From: Candidatus Onthocola gallistercoris
Lineage (GTDB): Bacteria > Bacillota > Clostridia > Lachnospirales > Lachnospiraceae
DNA length: 64,000 nucleotides
Direction of reading: 5' to 3'
Assembly (NCBI GenBank): GCA_018715345.1
Contig: DVLT01000038.1
Coordinates: 7,614-71,613, forward strand
Shown here: positions 29,620 to 39,259 of the stretch, piece after piece
How the letters are laid out: each line of letters begins with the position of its first letter
Numbering within the stretch: position 1 is the stretch's first letter
Program-made: the position numbers and the translations under genes
The notes under the pieces: model-generated
What the model saw: only the letters and a program-made list of their open reading frames with translations
Database searches by the model: none
Told to the model about the DNA's origin: nothing

Positions 29620-31932
29620 ATGGAGATCGGCAGAAGCAGGCATCGTGTGGATGCCTGGTCGAAAGTCACAGGAGAGGCAAAATATACAGCAGATCTTTTT
29701 CCGGATAACTGTCTGACAGCAAAAGTGATCCGCAGTACCATTGCCAATGGCCGGGTGCTGTCCATGGACACCCGGGAAGCATCTAAAGTACCTGGTGTCG
29801 TAAAGATCATCACCTGCTTTGACGTACCGGATAGACAGTTTCCCACACCGGGCCATCCCTGGTCTGTGGAAAAATCCCATCAGGATATAGCGGATAGGAA
29901 ACTGCTGAATGAAAGGGTCCGAGTGTATGGTGATGATATAGGCGTCGTCATTGCGGAAAATGAGATCGCAGCAGCCCGAGCAGCCCGTTTGGTCAAAGTG
30001 GCCTATGAAACTTATGAACCGCTGCTTTCGGTGGAGGCAGCCATGGCGCCGGAAGCCTCACAGATCCACGAGGAAAAGCCGGGGAACGTGGTGGCCAGTT
30101 CTGGATTTCAAGTGGGTGAGGGCGACTTTGATGAGATAAAAAAAGAAAAGGCTCTGATCTATGTCAACGGCACCTACCAAACCCAGACAGTCCAGCACTG
30201 TCATCTGGAAGTGCCGGTATCCTTTGCTTACATGGATCATGACCGGATCGTGGTGGTCACATCCACCCAGATCCCCCATATCGTCCGGCGGGTCATCAGC
30301 CAGGCATTGGGCGTTGGAATGGGACGTATCCGGGTCATCAAACCCTATGTGGGCGGCGGATTTGGCAATAAACAGGATGTACTTTATGAGCCCTTGTGCG
30401 CGTTTCTCACCACCCAGGTGGGCGGACGGCCGGTGAGGATCGAATTGAGCCGGGAAGAGACACTGGCTTGTACACGGGTGCGCCATGCCATCACCTTTAA
30501 ACTGGAAGGTCTGGTCAGTAAGGAAGGACGGCTGATCGCCCGGCGATTCACCGGTTATTCCAATCAGGGCGGCTATGCCTCCCATGCCCATGCCATCATG
30601 GCCAACGCATCCAACATATTTAAACAGCTTTATCAGGATGAAAAGGTTCTGGAGAGCAAAAGCTATACTGTCTATACCAATATTGCCACTGGCGGAGCCA
30701 TGCGAGGCTATGGCATTCCCCAGGGGGATTTTGCCACAGAAGCTTTTATCGAAGATCTGGCTTACGCAGCAGGTATGGATCCCCTGGAATTTCGGCTGAA
30801 AAACTGTATGAGGGAAGGATATACCGACCCCCATCTGGGAATCGGCTGCTATTCATACGGCTTGAAAGACTGTATCGAAAAAGGCAGGGAATATATCCAT
30901 TGGGATGAAAAAAGAAAAGCTTATGCCCATCAGACAGGTCCGGTCCGCCGGGGTGTGGGGATGGCCATTTTCTGCTATAAGACTGGGGTATACCCCATCT
31001 CTTTGGAAACCGCCTCCTGCCGGATGATCCTGAACCAGGATGGTTCCATGCAGCTTCAGATGGGCGCTACGGAGATCGGACAGGGCGCGGACACGGTATT
31101 TACCCAGATGGCGTCAGAGAGTACGGGCATATCTGTGGAAAAAATAAATATACAGACCGTTCAGGACACGGATGTGTCCCCATTTGACACGGGGGCCTAT
31201 GCTTCCCGACAGACATATGTGAGCGGCAAAGCCATTAAAAAAACCGGCGAACTGTTTAAAGGGAAAATACTGGAATACGCTTCAGAAAAACTGAATATCC
31301 CGGCGGAGATGATGGACATCCGGGAAGATGAGATCATTGATAAAAATAGCGGCGATATCCTGCTGTCTGTGGGGGCGCTTGCAGAAGAAGCTTTCTACAG
31401 TCTGGAACATTCGGTACACATCACAGCAGAAGCAACCAGCCACTGTAAGGAAAATACCTTTGCCACAGGCGCCTGCTTCGTGGAACTGGAAGTGGATATT
31501 CCGGTGGGGCAGATAAAAATACTGGACATGATCAACGTTCATGACAGCGGACGGCTCATCAATCCAAAGCTGGCGCAGGCCCAAGTCCACGGCGGGATGA
31601 GTATGGGGTTGGGATATGCCCTCAGTGAAAAACTTTTGTATGACGACAAGGGACGTCCGTTAAACGACAACTTGTTGGATTACAAATTGCCCACAGCTTT
31701 GGATACGCCGGATCTGCACGTGGCATTTGTTGAACTGGACGATATCACAGGCCCCTATGGCAACAAGGCATTGGGAGAACCGCCGGCTATTCCGGTGGCT
31801 CCGGCAGTAAGGAATGCCATGATCCAGGCAACGGGGATTCATTTTAATGAATTACCCCTGGATCCCCAGACGCTGGTGGAACGTTTTATCCGGGAAGGAC
31901 TGATAGAGACGGAGGAGACAGCCTATGTATGA
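29620..31932 (+). CDS. Xanthine dehydrogenase family, molybdopterin-binding large subunit
   Basis: VDAWSKVTGEAKYTAD N-terminus and GGGFGNK, GQG and GEPP motifs. ATG 29620 follows AAGGGGG. Confidence 0.85.
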   Translation: MEIGRSRHRVDAWSKVTGEAKYTADLFPDNCLTAKVIRSTIANGRVLSMDTREASKVPGVVKIITCFDVPDRQFPTPGHPWSVEKSHQDIADRKLLNERVRVYGDDIGVVIAENEIAAARAARLVKVAYETYEPLLSVEAAMAPEASQIHEEKPGNVVASSGFQVGEGDFDEIKKEKALIYVNGTYQTQTVQHCHLEVPVSFAYMDHDRIVVVTSTQIPHIVRRVISQALGVGMGRIRVIKPYVGGGFGNKQDVLYEPLCAFLTTQVGGRPVRIELSREETLACTRVRHAITFKLEGLVSKEGRLIARRFTGYSNQGGYASHAHAIMANASNIFKQLYQDEKVLESKSYTVYTNIATGGAMRGYGIPQGDFATEAFIEDLAYAAGMDPLEFRLKNCMREGYTDPHLGIGCYSYGLKDCIEKGREYIHWDEKRKAYAHQTGPVRRGVGMAIFCYKTGVYPISLETASCRMILNQDGSMQLQMGATEIGQGADTVFTQMASESTGISVEKINIQTVQDTDVSPFDTGAYASRQTYVSGKAIKKTGELFKGKILEYASEKLNIPAEMMDIREDEIIDKNSGDILLSVGALAEEAFYSLEHSVHITAEATSHCKENTFATGACFVELEVDIPVGQIKILDMINVHDSGRLINPKLAQAQVHGGMSMGLGYALSEKLLYDDKGRPLNDNLLDYKLPTALDTPDLHVAFVELDDITGPYGNKALGEPPAIPVAPAVRNAMIQATGIHFNELPLDPQTLVERFIREGLIETEETAYV

Positions 31933-32833
31933 TTTCGACAAAATATACCATGCGGCCAGTGTGGAAGAAGCCGTCTGCATGCTTCAGAAAGATGAAAACA
32001 GTATGATCATATCCGGCGGGACCGATGTGCTGATCAAACTTCGGGAAGGCCGTCTGACCGGCTGCAGCCTGGTGAGTATCCATGATATCGAAGAATTGAA
32101 AAGTATTTATATGGAGGAGGACGGCACGATCGTCATCGGACCGGCAGTGTCCTTTTCCCAGGTGACAAACCACCCCATCATCCGGCAGTATCTGCCCTTT
32201 TTGGGAGAAGCAGCCGATACGGTGGGCGGACCTCAGATCAGGAACATGGGTACCATTGGCGGCAATATATGCAATGGAGCCACCAGCGCGGATACGGCAT
32301 CTACTTTAAAAGCCCTGAATGCCCAGCTGATCCTTGTGGGCAGCGGCGGTGAAAGAAGGTTGCCCATCCATGATTTTTATACCGGTCCAGGTAAGACGGT
32401 GCGCGGTCGGGATGAAGTGATGACCCAGATCCGCATTGCCCGAAAAGATTATGAAAATATGTACGGCCAATATATAAAATACGGCAAACGAAATGCCATG
32501 GAGATCGCCACCTTAGGCTGCGCTGTCCTTGTCCGGACGGATGAGACAAAGACACGGGTGGAGGACATCCGCATTGCCTACGGTGTGGCGGCCCCTACGC
32601 CCATCCGGTGTTTCAGGACGGAAGAGACGCTGAAAGGCCGGCAGATCGATGAAACCTTGTTTGCGATATTGCGCAGAGATGTGTTGGAAGAGGTATCCCC
32701 CCGCTCCAGCTGGCGGGCGTCGAAAACCTTCCGGATCCAGTTGATCAAGGAACTGGGAGAACGGGCTTTAAGACAGGCGCTTGCAAAGGCAGGGGTTACG
32801 GATATCAGGGAAGGAGGCGCAAAGGATGCTTAA
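31925..32833 (+). CDS. Xanthine dehydrogenase family, FAD-binding subunit
   Basis: ISGGTDVLIKL and MGTIGGNICN motifs (CO dehydrogenase flavoprotein fold). Overlaps the upstream gene by 8 nt. Confidence 0.85.
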   Translation: MYDFDKIYHAASVEEAVCMLQKDENSMIISGGTDVLIKLREGRLTGCSLVSIHDIEELKSIYMEEDGTIVIGPAVSFSQVTNHPIIRQYLPFLGEAADTVGGPQIRNMGTIGGNICNGATSADTASTLKALNAQLILVGSGGERRLPIHDFYTGPGKTVRGRDEVMTQIRIARKDYENMYGQYIKYGKRNAMEIATLGCAVLVRTDETKTRVEDIRIAYGVAAPTPIRCFRTEETLKGRQIDETLFAILRRDVLEEVSPRSSWRASKTFRIQLIKELGERALRQALAKAGVTDIREGGAKDA

Positions 32834-33293
32834 GATCATACATATGAATGTCAATGGCAAAGATCAAGAAGTAGCCATCGATGTCCGGGAATCTTTGGCA
32901 GATACCCTCAGAAACCGTTTGGGACTGACCAGTGTGAAAAAAGGCTGTGAAGTGGGGGAATGCGGCGCTTGTACTGTTTTAGTGGACGGGGTATCCGTTG
33001 ATTCCTGCATCTATCTGACTATATGGGCAGAAGGACATAAAGTGTTGACTGTGGAAGGCCTGAAGGGGGAAAATGGCGGCTTGACGCCGATCCAACAGGC
33101 TTTTGTGGACGAGGCGGCCGTCCAGTGCGGCTTTTGTACGCCGGGGCTGATCCTTACAGCTGTTGAACTGGCGGGAACCGGAAAAACTTATACTCGGGAC
33201 GAACTGCGAAAACTCATATCCGGCCATCTGTGCCGCTGCACCGGTTATGAAAATATTTTAAATGCCTTTGAAAAAATCGTAGGAAAAAAATAA
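32826..33293 (+). CDS. Xanthine dehydrogenase family, [2Fe-2S] subunit
   Basis: CEVGECGACTV and QCGFCTPG...CRCTGY cluster motifs. GGAAGGAGG RBS. Confidence 0.9.
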   Translation: MLKIIHMNVNGKDQEVAIDVRESLADTLRNRLGLTSVKKGCEVGECGACTVLVDGVSVDSCIYLTIWAEGHKVLTVEGLKGENGGLTPIQQAFVDEAAVQCGFCTPGLILTAVELAGTGKTYTRDELRKLISGHLCRCTGYENILNAFEKIVGKK

Positions 33294-33494
33294 AAAAAGT
33301 GAAAGGATTTGCTGACTTGGATCGTATTATATATGAAAACATAAATCGTATGAATGATGGGAGGATCGCCGGCTGCATGGGCGCCGGATGTTTGAGATAC
33401 ACCTGCGACGGCACCGGCGGCGGAATCGGGGCGCCATGGGGAAGGGCACGGAAACGGAAAACAGCATAAAAACCGAAAAGGCGAGTGAAAAAGC

Positions 33495-33540
33495 CCCCTC
33501 TTTACTGGATAAGATCCGTAAAGAGGGGAGATTTTTTATT
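33495..33540 (+). terminator. Rho-independent terminator
   Basis: CCCCTCTTTAC (33495-33505) pairs with GTAAAGAGGGG (33518-33528), followed by ATTTTTTATTTT. Confidence 0.7.
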
Positions 33541-33583
33541 TTCGATGCATTCGTTTTGTTTAACAAAGACCCGATCCCAAGAA

Positions 33584-34699
33584 CTATTTTAAGTTTTCCG
33601 GGTTCAGCGCCTCCAGTTCCGGCAGGACGAAACGGCCGTCTTTGCGGATGAGTACGTCGTCAAACCAGATCTCACCGCCGCCGTACTCCGGCCGCTGGAT
33701 GCAGACCAGATCCCAGTGGATGGAGGACTGGTTGCCATTGGGCGCTTCGTCATAGCAGTTGCCTGGTGTAAAATGGAAGGACCCCATGATCTTCTCATCA
33801 AAAAGCGTGTCCTTCATCGGCTTGAGTATATAGGGGTTGACGCCAATGGCAAATTCGCCCACATAGCGGGCGCCATCATCGGTGTCCAGAACCTTTTCCA
33901 GCCGTTTGCTGTCATTGGCAGACGCCTGGACGATCCGTCCGTCCTTAAAAGTAAAGGAAATATTTTCAAAAGTAAATCCCTGAAAGACAGCCGGCGTGTT
34001 GTAGGTCAGCGTACCGTTGATGGAATCTTTTACCGGGGCGGTGAACACTTCGCCATCGGGGATGTTCATCTCACCGGCACATTTGACAGCCGGGATATCT
34101 TTGATGGAAAAAGTCAGATCCGTCCCGGGACCGGTGATACGGACTTGATCGGTGCGCATCATCAGTTCCACCAGGGGCGTCATGGCCCGATCCATTTTCC
34201 CATAATCCAGTGTACACACATCAAAATAAAAATCTTCAAAGGCCTCCAGACTCTGGTTGTTCAACTGGGCCATGGCGTTGTTGGGATAACGCATGACACA
34301 CCAGCGGAGTTTGGGGACACGGATGTTATGATGGACCGGCGTTGTGTAGAATGTGTTGTACAAAGCCATCTTTTCCGGCGGTACATCGGAAAGTTCGGCG
34401 GTGTTGTCCGCCCCCCGGACAGCCAGATAGCAATCCATGCGGGACATTTCGTAAGCATCGGTTTCCGCCATCAATTTCAGCTGTTCTTCCGTGCAGTGCA
34501 TCAGCATCTCCCGTTCCACCCGGGGATTTGTATAATGGGGGAAAGGCAGAGCGCCTGCGGCATAGGTTTCCTTGATCAGCTGGCGGGCCAGCGGTTCGGT
34601 GGCGCTGCCGGTATAGTGGATATAAACTTTATCACCTGGTTTGACACGGATGGATGTATGGATCAGATTGTACGCCATACGTTTGATACGGTCATCCAT
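33584..34699 (-). CDS. M29-family aminopeptidase (AmpS/PepS type)
   Basis: About 370 aa. IRVKPGDKVYI N-terminus and GEFAIGVNP and HFTPGNCY motifs. Confidence 0.75.
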   Translation of the reverse strand: MDDRIKRMAYNLIHTSIRVKPGDKVYIHYTGSATEPLARQLIKETYAAGALPFPHYTNPRVEREMLMHCTEEQLKLMAETDAYEMSRMDCYLAVRGADNTAELSDVPPEKMALYNTFYTTPVHHNIRVPKLRWCVMRYPNNAMAQLNNQSLEAFEDFYFDVCTLDYGKMDRAMTPLVELMMRTDQVRITGPGTDLTFSIKDIPAVKCAGEMNIPDGEVFTAPVKDSINGTLTYNTPAVFQGFTFENISFTFKDGRIVQASANDSKRLEKVLDTDDGARYVGEFAIGVNPYILKPMKDTLFDEKIMGSFHFTPGNCYDEAPNGNQSSIHWDLVCIQRPEYGGGEIWFDDVLIRKDGRFVLPELEALNPENLK

Positions 34700-34834
34700 A
34701 ATAAAAGCCTCCTTATAAAATGCTTAAAAACGGGGATTTACTGGATAGTATACCACTTTTTAGGCTTTACGAATACGCGATTTTAGAGTAAAATGGAAAA
34801 TAATCGACTTTTACCGGTACAGGAGGTTGGAAAG

Positions 34835-36226
34835 ATGCAGCTTACAACTGTGAGAGAGTTATATAAAGAGACAGAGAAATACATCGATAAAAAAGTAAAG
34901 ATCGGCGGTTGGCTGAGGAACATCCGGGATTCAAAAACATTTGGCTTTTTGATGGTCAACGATGGAAGTTTTTTCCAGACACTTCAGGTTGTGGTGGATG
35001 AGAAACTGCCGAATTTTTCCCAAGTATGCCATCTGAACGTGGGCGCGGCAGTGATCGTGGAAGGAACACTGGTGGCGACGCCGAAGGCGAAGCAGCCCTT
35101 TGAGATACAGGCGGAGAGTGTGGAGATCGAAGGTGTGTCCTCCCCCGATTATCCCCTCCAGCCAAAGCGGCATTCCTTTGAGTATCTCCGGACGATCACC
35201 CATCTGCGGCCCCGGACGAATACTTTTGCGGCTGTATTCCGTGTGCGTTCGCTGATCGCCTATGCGATCCATAAGTTTTTCCAGGAACGGAACTTTGTTT
35301 ATGTGCATACGCCTCTGATCACCGGCAGCGACTGTGAAGGCGCAGGCGAGATGTTTAGGGTGACGACTTTGGATATGGATCAGGTGCCCAGGAAAGCGGA
35401 CGGAAGCGTGGATTACAGTAAGGATTTCTTTGGGAAAGAGACGAACTTGACAGTCAGCGGTCAGTTGAACGGCGAGACGTTTGCCATGGCTTTCCGCAAT
35501 ATTTATACTTTTGGGCCCACATTCCGGGCCGAAAATTCCAACACCACCCGACATGCGGCTGAGTTTTGGATGATCGAGCCGGAGATTGCTTTTGCGGATC
35601 TTCAGGACAACATGGATCTGGCAGAGGATATGCTCAAGTACATCATCCGTTATGTACTGGAGAATGCGCCGGAGGAGATGGCCTTCTTTAACCAGTTTGT
35701 GGATAAGGGGCTGATCGAACGTCTGGAACACGTGCTCAACTCGGATTTTGCCCATGTGACTTACACAGAAGCGGTGGAAATACTTGAGAAGAATAACGAT
35801 AAATTTGACTATAAAGTTCATTGGGGAAGCGATCTGCAGACAGAACATGAGCGGTATCTGACGGAACAGATTTTCAAACGTCCGGTATTTGTGACCGATT
35901 ATCCGAAGGAGATCAAGGCATTCTATATGAAACAGAATGACGATGGAAAGACAGTGGCCGCCATGGATCTGCTCGTGCCGGGCATTGGTGAGATCATCGG
36001 CGGAAGTCAGAGGGAAGATAACTACGATCGGTTAGTGGAACGTATGGAAGAACTGGGACTGAACAAAGAAGATTATGATTTCTATCTGGATCTTCGTAAA
36101 TATGGTTCTGTACGCCATGCCGGCTATGGTCTGGGATTTGAAAGATGCGTCATGTATCTGACCGGTATGGCCAATATCCGGGATGTCCTTCCCTTCCCCA
36201 GGACAGTTAAGAACTGTGATATTTAA
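34835..36226 (+). CDS. asnS: Asparagine--tRNA ligase
   Basis: [23 protein letters not shown] domain and class II motifs [21 protein letters not shown] and [11 protein letters not shown] 34835 follows AGGAGG. Confidence 0.9.
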   Translation: MQLTTVRELYKETEKYIDKKVKIGGWLRNIRDSKTFGFLMVNDGSFFQTLQVVVDEKLPNFSQVCHLNVGAAVIVEGTLVATPKAKQPFEIQAESVEIEGVSSPDYPLQPKRHSFEYLRTITHLRPRTNTFAAVFRVRSLIAYAIHKFFQERNFVYVHTPLITGSDCEGAGEMFRVTTLDMDQVPRKADGSVDYSKDFFGKETNLTVSGQLNGETFAMAFRNIYTFGPTFRAENSNTTRHAAEFWMIEPEIAFADLQDNMDLAEDMLKYIIRYVLENAPEEMAFFNQFVDKGLIERLEHVLNSDFAHVTYTEAVEILEKNNDKFDYKVHWGSDLQTEHERYLTEQIFKRPVFVTDYPKEIKAFYMKQNDDGKTVAAMDLLVPGIGEIIGGSQREDNYDRLVERMEELGLNKEDYDFYLDLRKYGSVRHAGYGLGFERCVMYLTGMANIRDVLPFPRTVKNCDI

Positions 36227-36362
36227 CGAAACATCCGAACCTGCGGTATGGCAGGGCAGTTGACGTGAACAGGGGCCTGACCTTTTGAGAGGACAAGGCC
36301 CTTTCTGTTTTCCAATACATTTTTCAGGGGTTTTATTTGATACATCAGAGGAGAGACATAAG

Positions 36363-38183
36363 ATGCGAAAAGAGAAAACTTACGGAAAGGCAGTCAGGAT
36401 ATACAGCTGGATCGTGTGCGGCATAACGCCGGCGGCGGCCTTCTGGCTTTTGGAGACCATGACCCATGAGATATCCACCATGACATGGCCGCTGATCCTT
36501 TTAAATCTGCTGTTTTATTATCTGGTTTATGGGCTGATACTGGCTCTGTCCAAGCGGAGTTTTGCCGCCTTGACGATGGGAACGTTGATCTTTGCCTTCA
36601 TCGGACTGGCGGATTATTATGTGATCACTTTCCGGTCAGCGCCCATATTTCCGTGGGATCTGTTAAGTCTTGGAACAGCGGCGACTGTATCGGACAATTA
36701 TTCCTATGCGTTGGAGACGGAACAGATCGGAAAGGTGATCGGCTTTGTCATCCTGCTTGCGGCCGGTATGTTTACCCGGATACGGATCCGATATGCTTCT
36801 TTCCAGAGGGGCTTGCTGACGGTGCTGCTGATCGTCACCGGGATCGCGGCTTATAGTTCGGCGGTCCAGACGGAAAGCCTGCACAATGCGGTGGGCTTTT
36901 ATCCCTATCTTTTTACTCCCAACAGCTTTTACCAGAAAAACGGTTTCATGGTCAGCTTTCTTTCCAATATGCAGTATCTGCGGATTTCCGAACCAAAAGG
37001 TTATGATCCGGAGTCGGTGGAGGCGATGATGGAACCCTATATTGAGGAAGCAAAAGCGCAGCAGGCGGAGGAGACAGTACAGCCGAATATCATCGTTATC
37101 ATGAATGAAGCTTTTTCCGATCCTTCGGTTTTAGGGGAGTTTGAGACAAATGCGGATTATATGCCATTTATCAACAGTCTCCCCGAGGAAATGAAGGGAT
37201 CGGTTTATGTGTCTGTGAAAGGCGGCAATACGGCCAATACGGAATATGAATTTTTGACCGGTGATTCCATGGCCTTTCTGCCCCAAGGATCCATCCCCTA
37301 TCAGCAGTATATGACAAAGGACACGCCAGGACTGGTGTCATGGCTCCAGCAAAAAGGGTATGAAACGATTTCCATGCATCCGTATAATGCCTCTGGTTGG
37401 AACCGGGACGATGTGTATGAATGGCTTGGTTTTTCCACCCGTCTTTTCAAAGGCGCCTTTGAAGGCGCTGAGATCATACGGGAATATGTGAGTGACGCAG
37501 CCACATATGATAAGATCATAGATCTTTATGAAAATAAGGACGAGGATACGCCATTGTTCATATTTGACGTGACCATGCAAAATCACAGCAGTTATTCTAA
37601 AAACTACAGTAATTTCACACCGGATATCCAGATGGAGGGAACCGGGGCCAATGAACAGATCAACAAATATCTGTCGTTGATAAAGAAATCCGATGAAGCC
37701 TTCCAGGGGCTGACGGAATATTTTTCCCAGACGGATGAACCGACAGTCATCCTCATGTTTGGCGACCATCAGCCCAATGACTGGGTGGTGGATCCCATTT
37801 ACGAGGCCAATGGAGAGGTACAGGATGAACTTTCCTTTGAAGAAAGCCAGGAAAGATACAAAGTGCCCTATGTATTGTGGGCCAATTATGATCTGGATAC
37901 AGAGGCGGAAGAGGTGACCAGCGTCAATTACCTGGGAGGCATCCTGCTGAAAGCAGCCGGACTGTCTTTGAGTCCTTATCAGTATTTTCTGGAAGATCTG
38001 TCCGAACAGATCCCGGTCATCACCGGCAATATGTACATGAACAGCCAGGGGGATATACATAACCACGAGGAACCGGATGATGTGGAGAATGAAGAAGCTT
38101 TGCTGAATTATGAACGGCTTTGTTATTATCATCTTTTTGAAGAGGATATGGATCAAAGTCTGTTTGGGATCGGGGAGGAGTGA
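36363..38183 (+). CDS. LTA synthase-family (LtaS-like sulfatase) membrane protein
   Basis: N-terminal TM bundle plus an extracellular sulfatase domain (IIVIMNEAFSD, GGNTANTEYEFLTG). Confidence 0.75.
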   Translation: MRKEKTYGKAVRIYSWIVCGITPAAAFWLLETMTHEISTMTWPLILLNLLFYYLVYGLILALSKRSFAALTMGTLIFAFIGLADYYVITFRSAPIFPWDLLSLGTAATVSDNYSYALETEQIGKVIGFVILLAAGMFTRIRIRYASFQRGLLTVLLIVTGIAAYSSAVQTESLHNAVGFYPYLFTPNSFYQKNGFMVSFLSNMQYLRISEPKGYDPESVEAMMEPYIEEAKAQQAEETVQPNIIVIMNEAFSDPSVLGEFETNADYMPFINSLPEEMKGSVYVSVKGGNTANTEYEFLTGDSMAFLPQGSIPYQQYMTKDTPGLVSWLQQKGYETISMHPYNASGWNRDDVYEWLGFSTRLFKGAFEGAEIIREYVSDAATYDKIIDLYENKDEDTPLFIFDVTMQNHSSYSKNYSNFTPDIQMEGTGANEQINKYLSLIKKSDEAFQGLTEYFSQTDEPTVILMFGDHQPNDWVVDPIYEANGEVQDELSFEESQERYKVPYVLWANYDLDTEAEEVTSVNYLGGILLKAAGLSLSPYQYFLEDLSEQIPVITGNMYMNSQGDIHNHEEPDDVENEEALLNYERLCYYHLFEEDMDQSLFGIGEE

Positions 38184-38187
38184 GTCT

Positions 38188-39255
38188 ATGCGATTTATAC
38201 ATACAGCAGATATCCATTTGGGGGCAGCGCCGGATAAGGGCAGCCCCTGGTCTGGAAAGCGGGAGCAGGAGATAAGGGAAAGTTTTTACCGTCTCCTCGA
38301 TCTGGCCAATGATGAAGGCATTGAACTTTTGCTGATCGCCGGCGATCTGTTCCATCGCCCTCCGCTGAAGCGGGAACTTAAAGAACTGAACTACCGGTTT
38401 GAGTCCATGTTCCAGACCCGGGTGGTCATGATGCCGGGAAATCATGACTTCTTAGGACCGGCATCCAATTACAACGGCTTTGAATGGGCGGATAATGTGA
38501 CGTTCTTTGGAAAAGAGTCCATGCAAAGAAAACACTTTCCCAAGTGGGATCTGTGGGTGTATGGCCTGGGGTATTGTCACAGAGAGATAAAGAAACCGCT
38601 GTACGATCATGTGCGTCCTGGAGACGAACCGGGAACCCATATCCTTCTGGCACACGGCGGGGACGAAAAGCATATTCCCATCGATTTTAAACAACTCTGC
38701 ACAGCCGGTTTCGACTATGCGGCATTGGGTCATATCCACAAGCCCCAGGTCATCGTTCCGGATCGGATCGCCTATTCCGGTTCACTGGAACCGACAGATC
38801 GGCTGGATGTGGGCCAGCGGGGATACATTTTGGGAGAGATCGAAGATACGCTCCATCCACAAGTTTCCACACAGTTTTGCCCATTTTCTGTCCGGGAGTA
38901 TAAAAACATCCGGATACCTTCCGATGTGGATATGACGTTGGGGAAATTGGAAGAAACCCTGAAACGGCTCATCGGCTCCGAAGGCAGTCAGCACATATAC
39001 AATATATGCCTCCAGGGATTCCGGGATCCGGACATCCGCTTTGACGAGGATGTGTTGATGAAACTGGGCAACATCGCTTCTGTGAAAGATGAGACCCTTC
39101 CCTGGTTTGACTTTGATCAGTTGTATGCGGATAACCGGGATAATCTCATCGGACGGTTTATCGGGAAAGTCCGGGAGATGCCCATGGATGACAAGAGGCG
39201 GCAGCAGATACTGACAGTAGGGATCCAGGCTTTGTACAGCCAGGAAGATAGGTGA
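38188..39255 (+). CDS. SbcD/YhaO-like metallophosphoesterase (DNA repair exonuclease)
   Basis: IHTADIHLG, GDLFH, GNHD and GHIH phosphoesterase motifs. Confidence 0.8.
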   Translation: MRFIHTADIHLGAAPDKGSPWSGKREQEIRESFYRLLDLANDEGIELLLIAGDLFHRPPLKRELKELNYRFESMFQTRVVMMPGNHDFLGPASNYNGFEWADNVTFFGKESMQRKHFPKWDLWVYGLGYCHREIKKPLYDHVRPGDEPGTHILLAHGGDEKHIPIDFKQLCTAGFDYAALGHIHKPQVIVPDRIAYSGSLEPTDRLDVGQRGYILGEIEDTLHPQVSTQFCPFSVREYKNIRIPSDVDMTLGKLEETLKRLIGSEGSQHIYNICLQGFRDPDIRFDEDVLMKLGNIASVKDETLPWFDFDQLYADNRDNLIGRFIGKVREMPMDDKRRQQILTVGIQALYSQEDR

Positions 39256-39259
39256 CGTC

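Noticed and set aside
34700-34834. T-box leader upstream of asnS
   Set aside because: The spacer is only about 135 nt, with no T-box sequence (AANNNGGGTGGTACCGCG-like) and no terminator/antiterminator pair.
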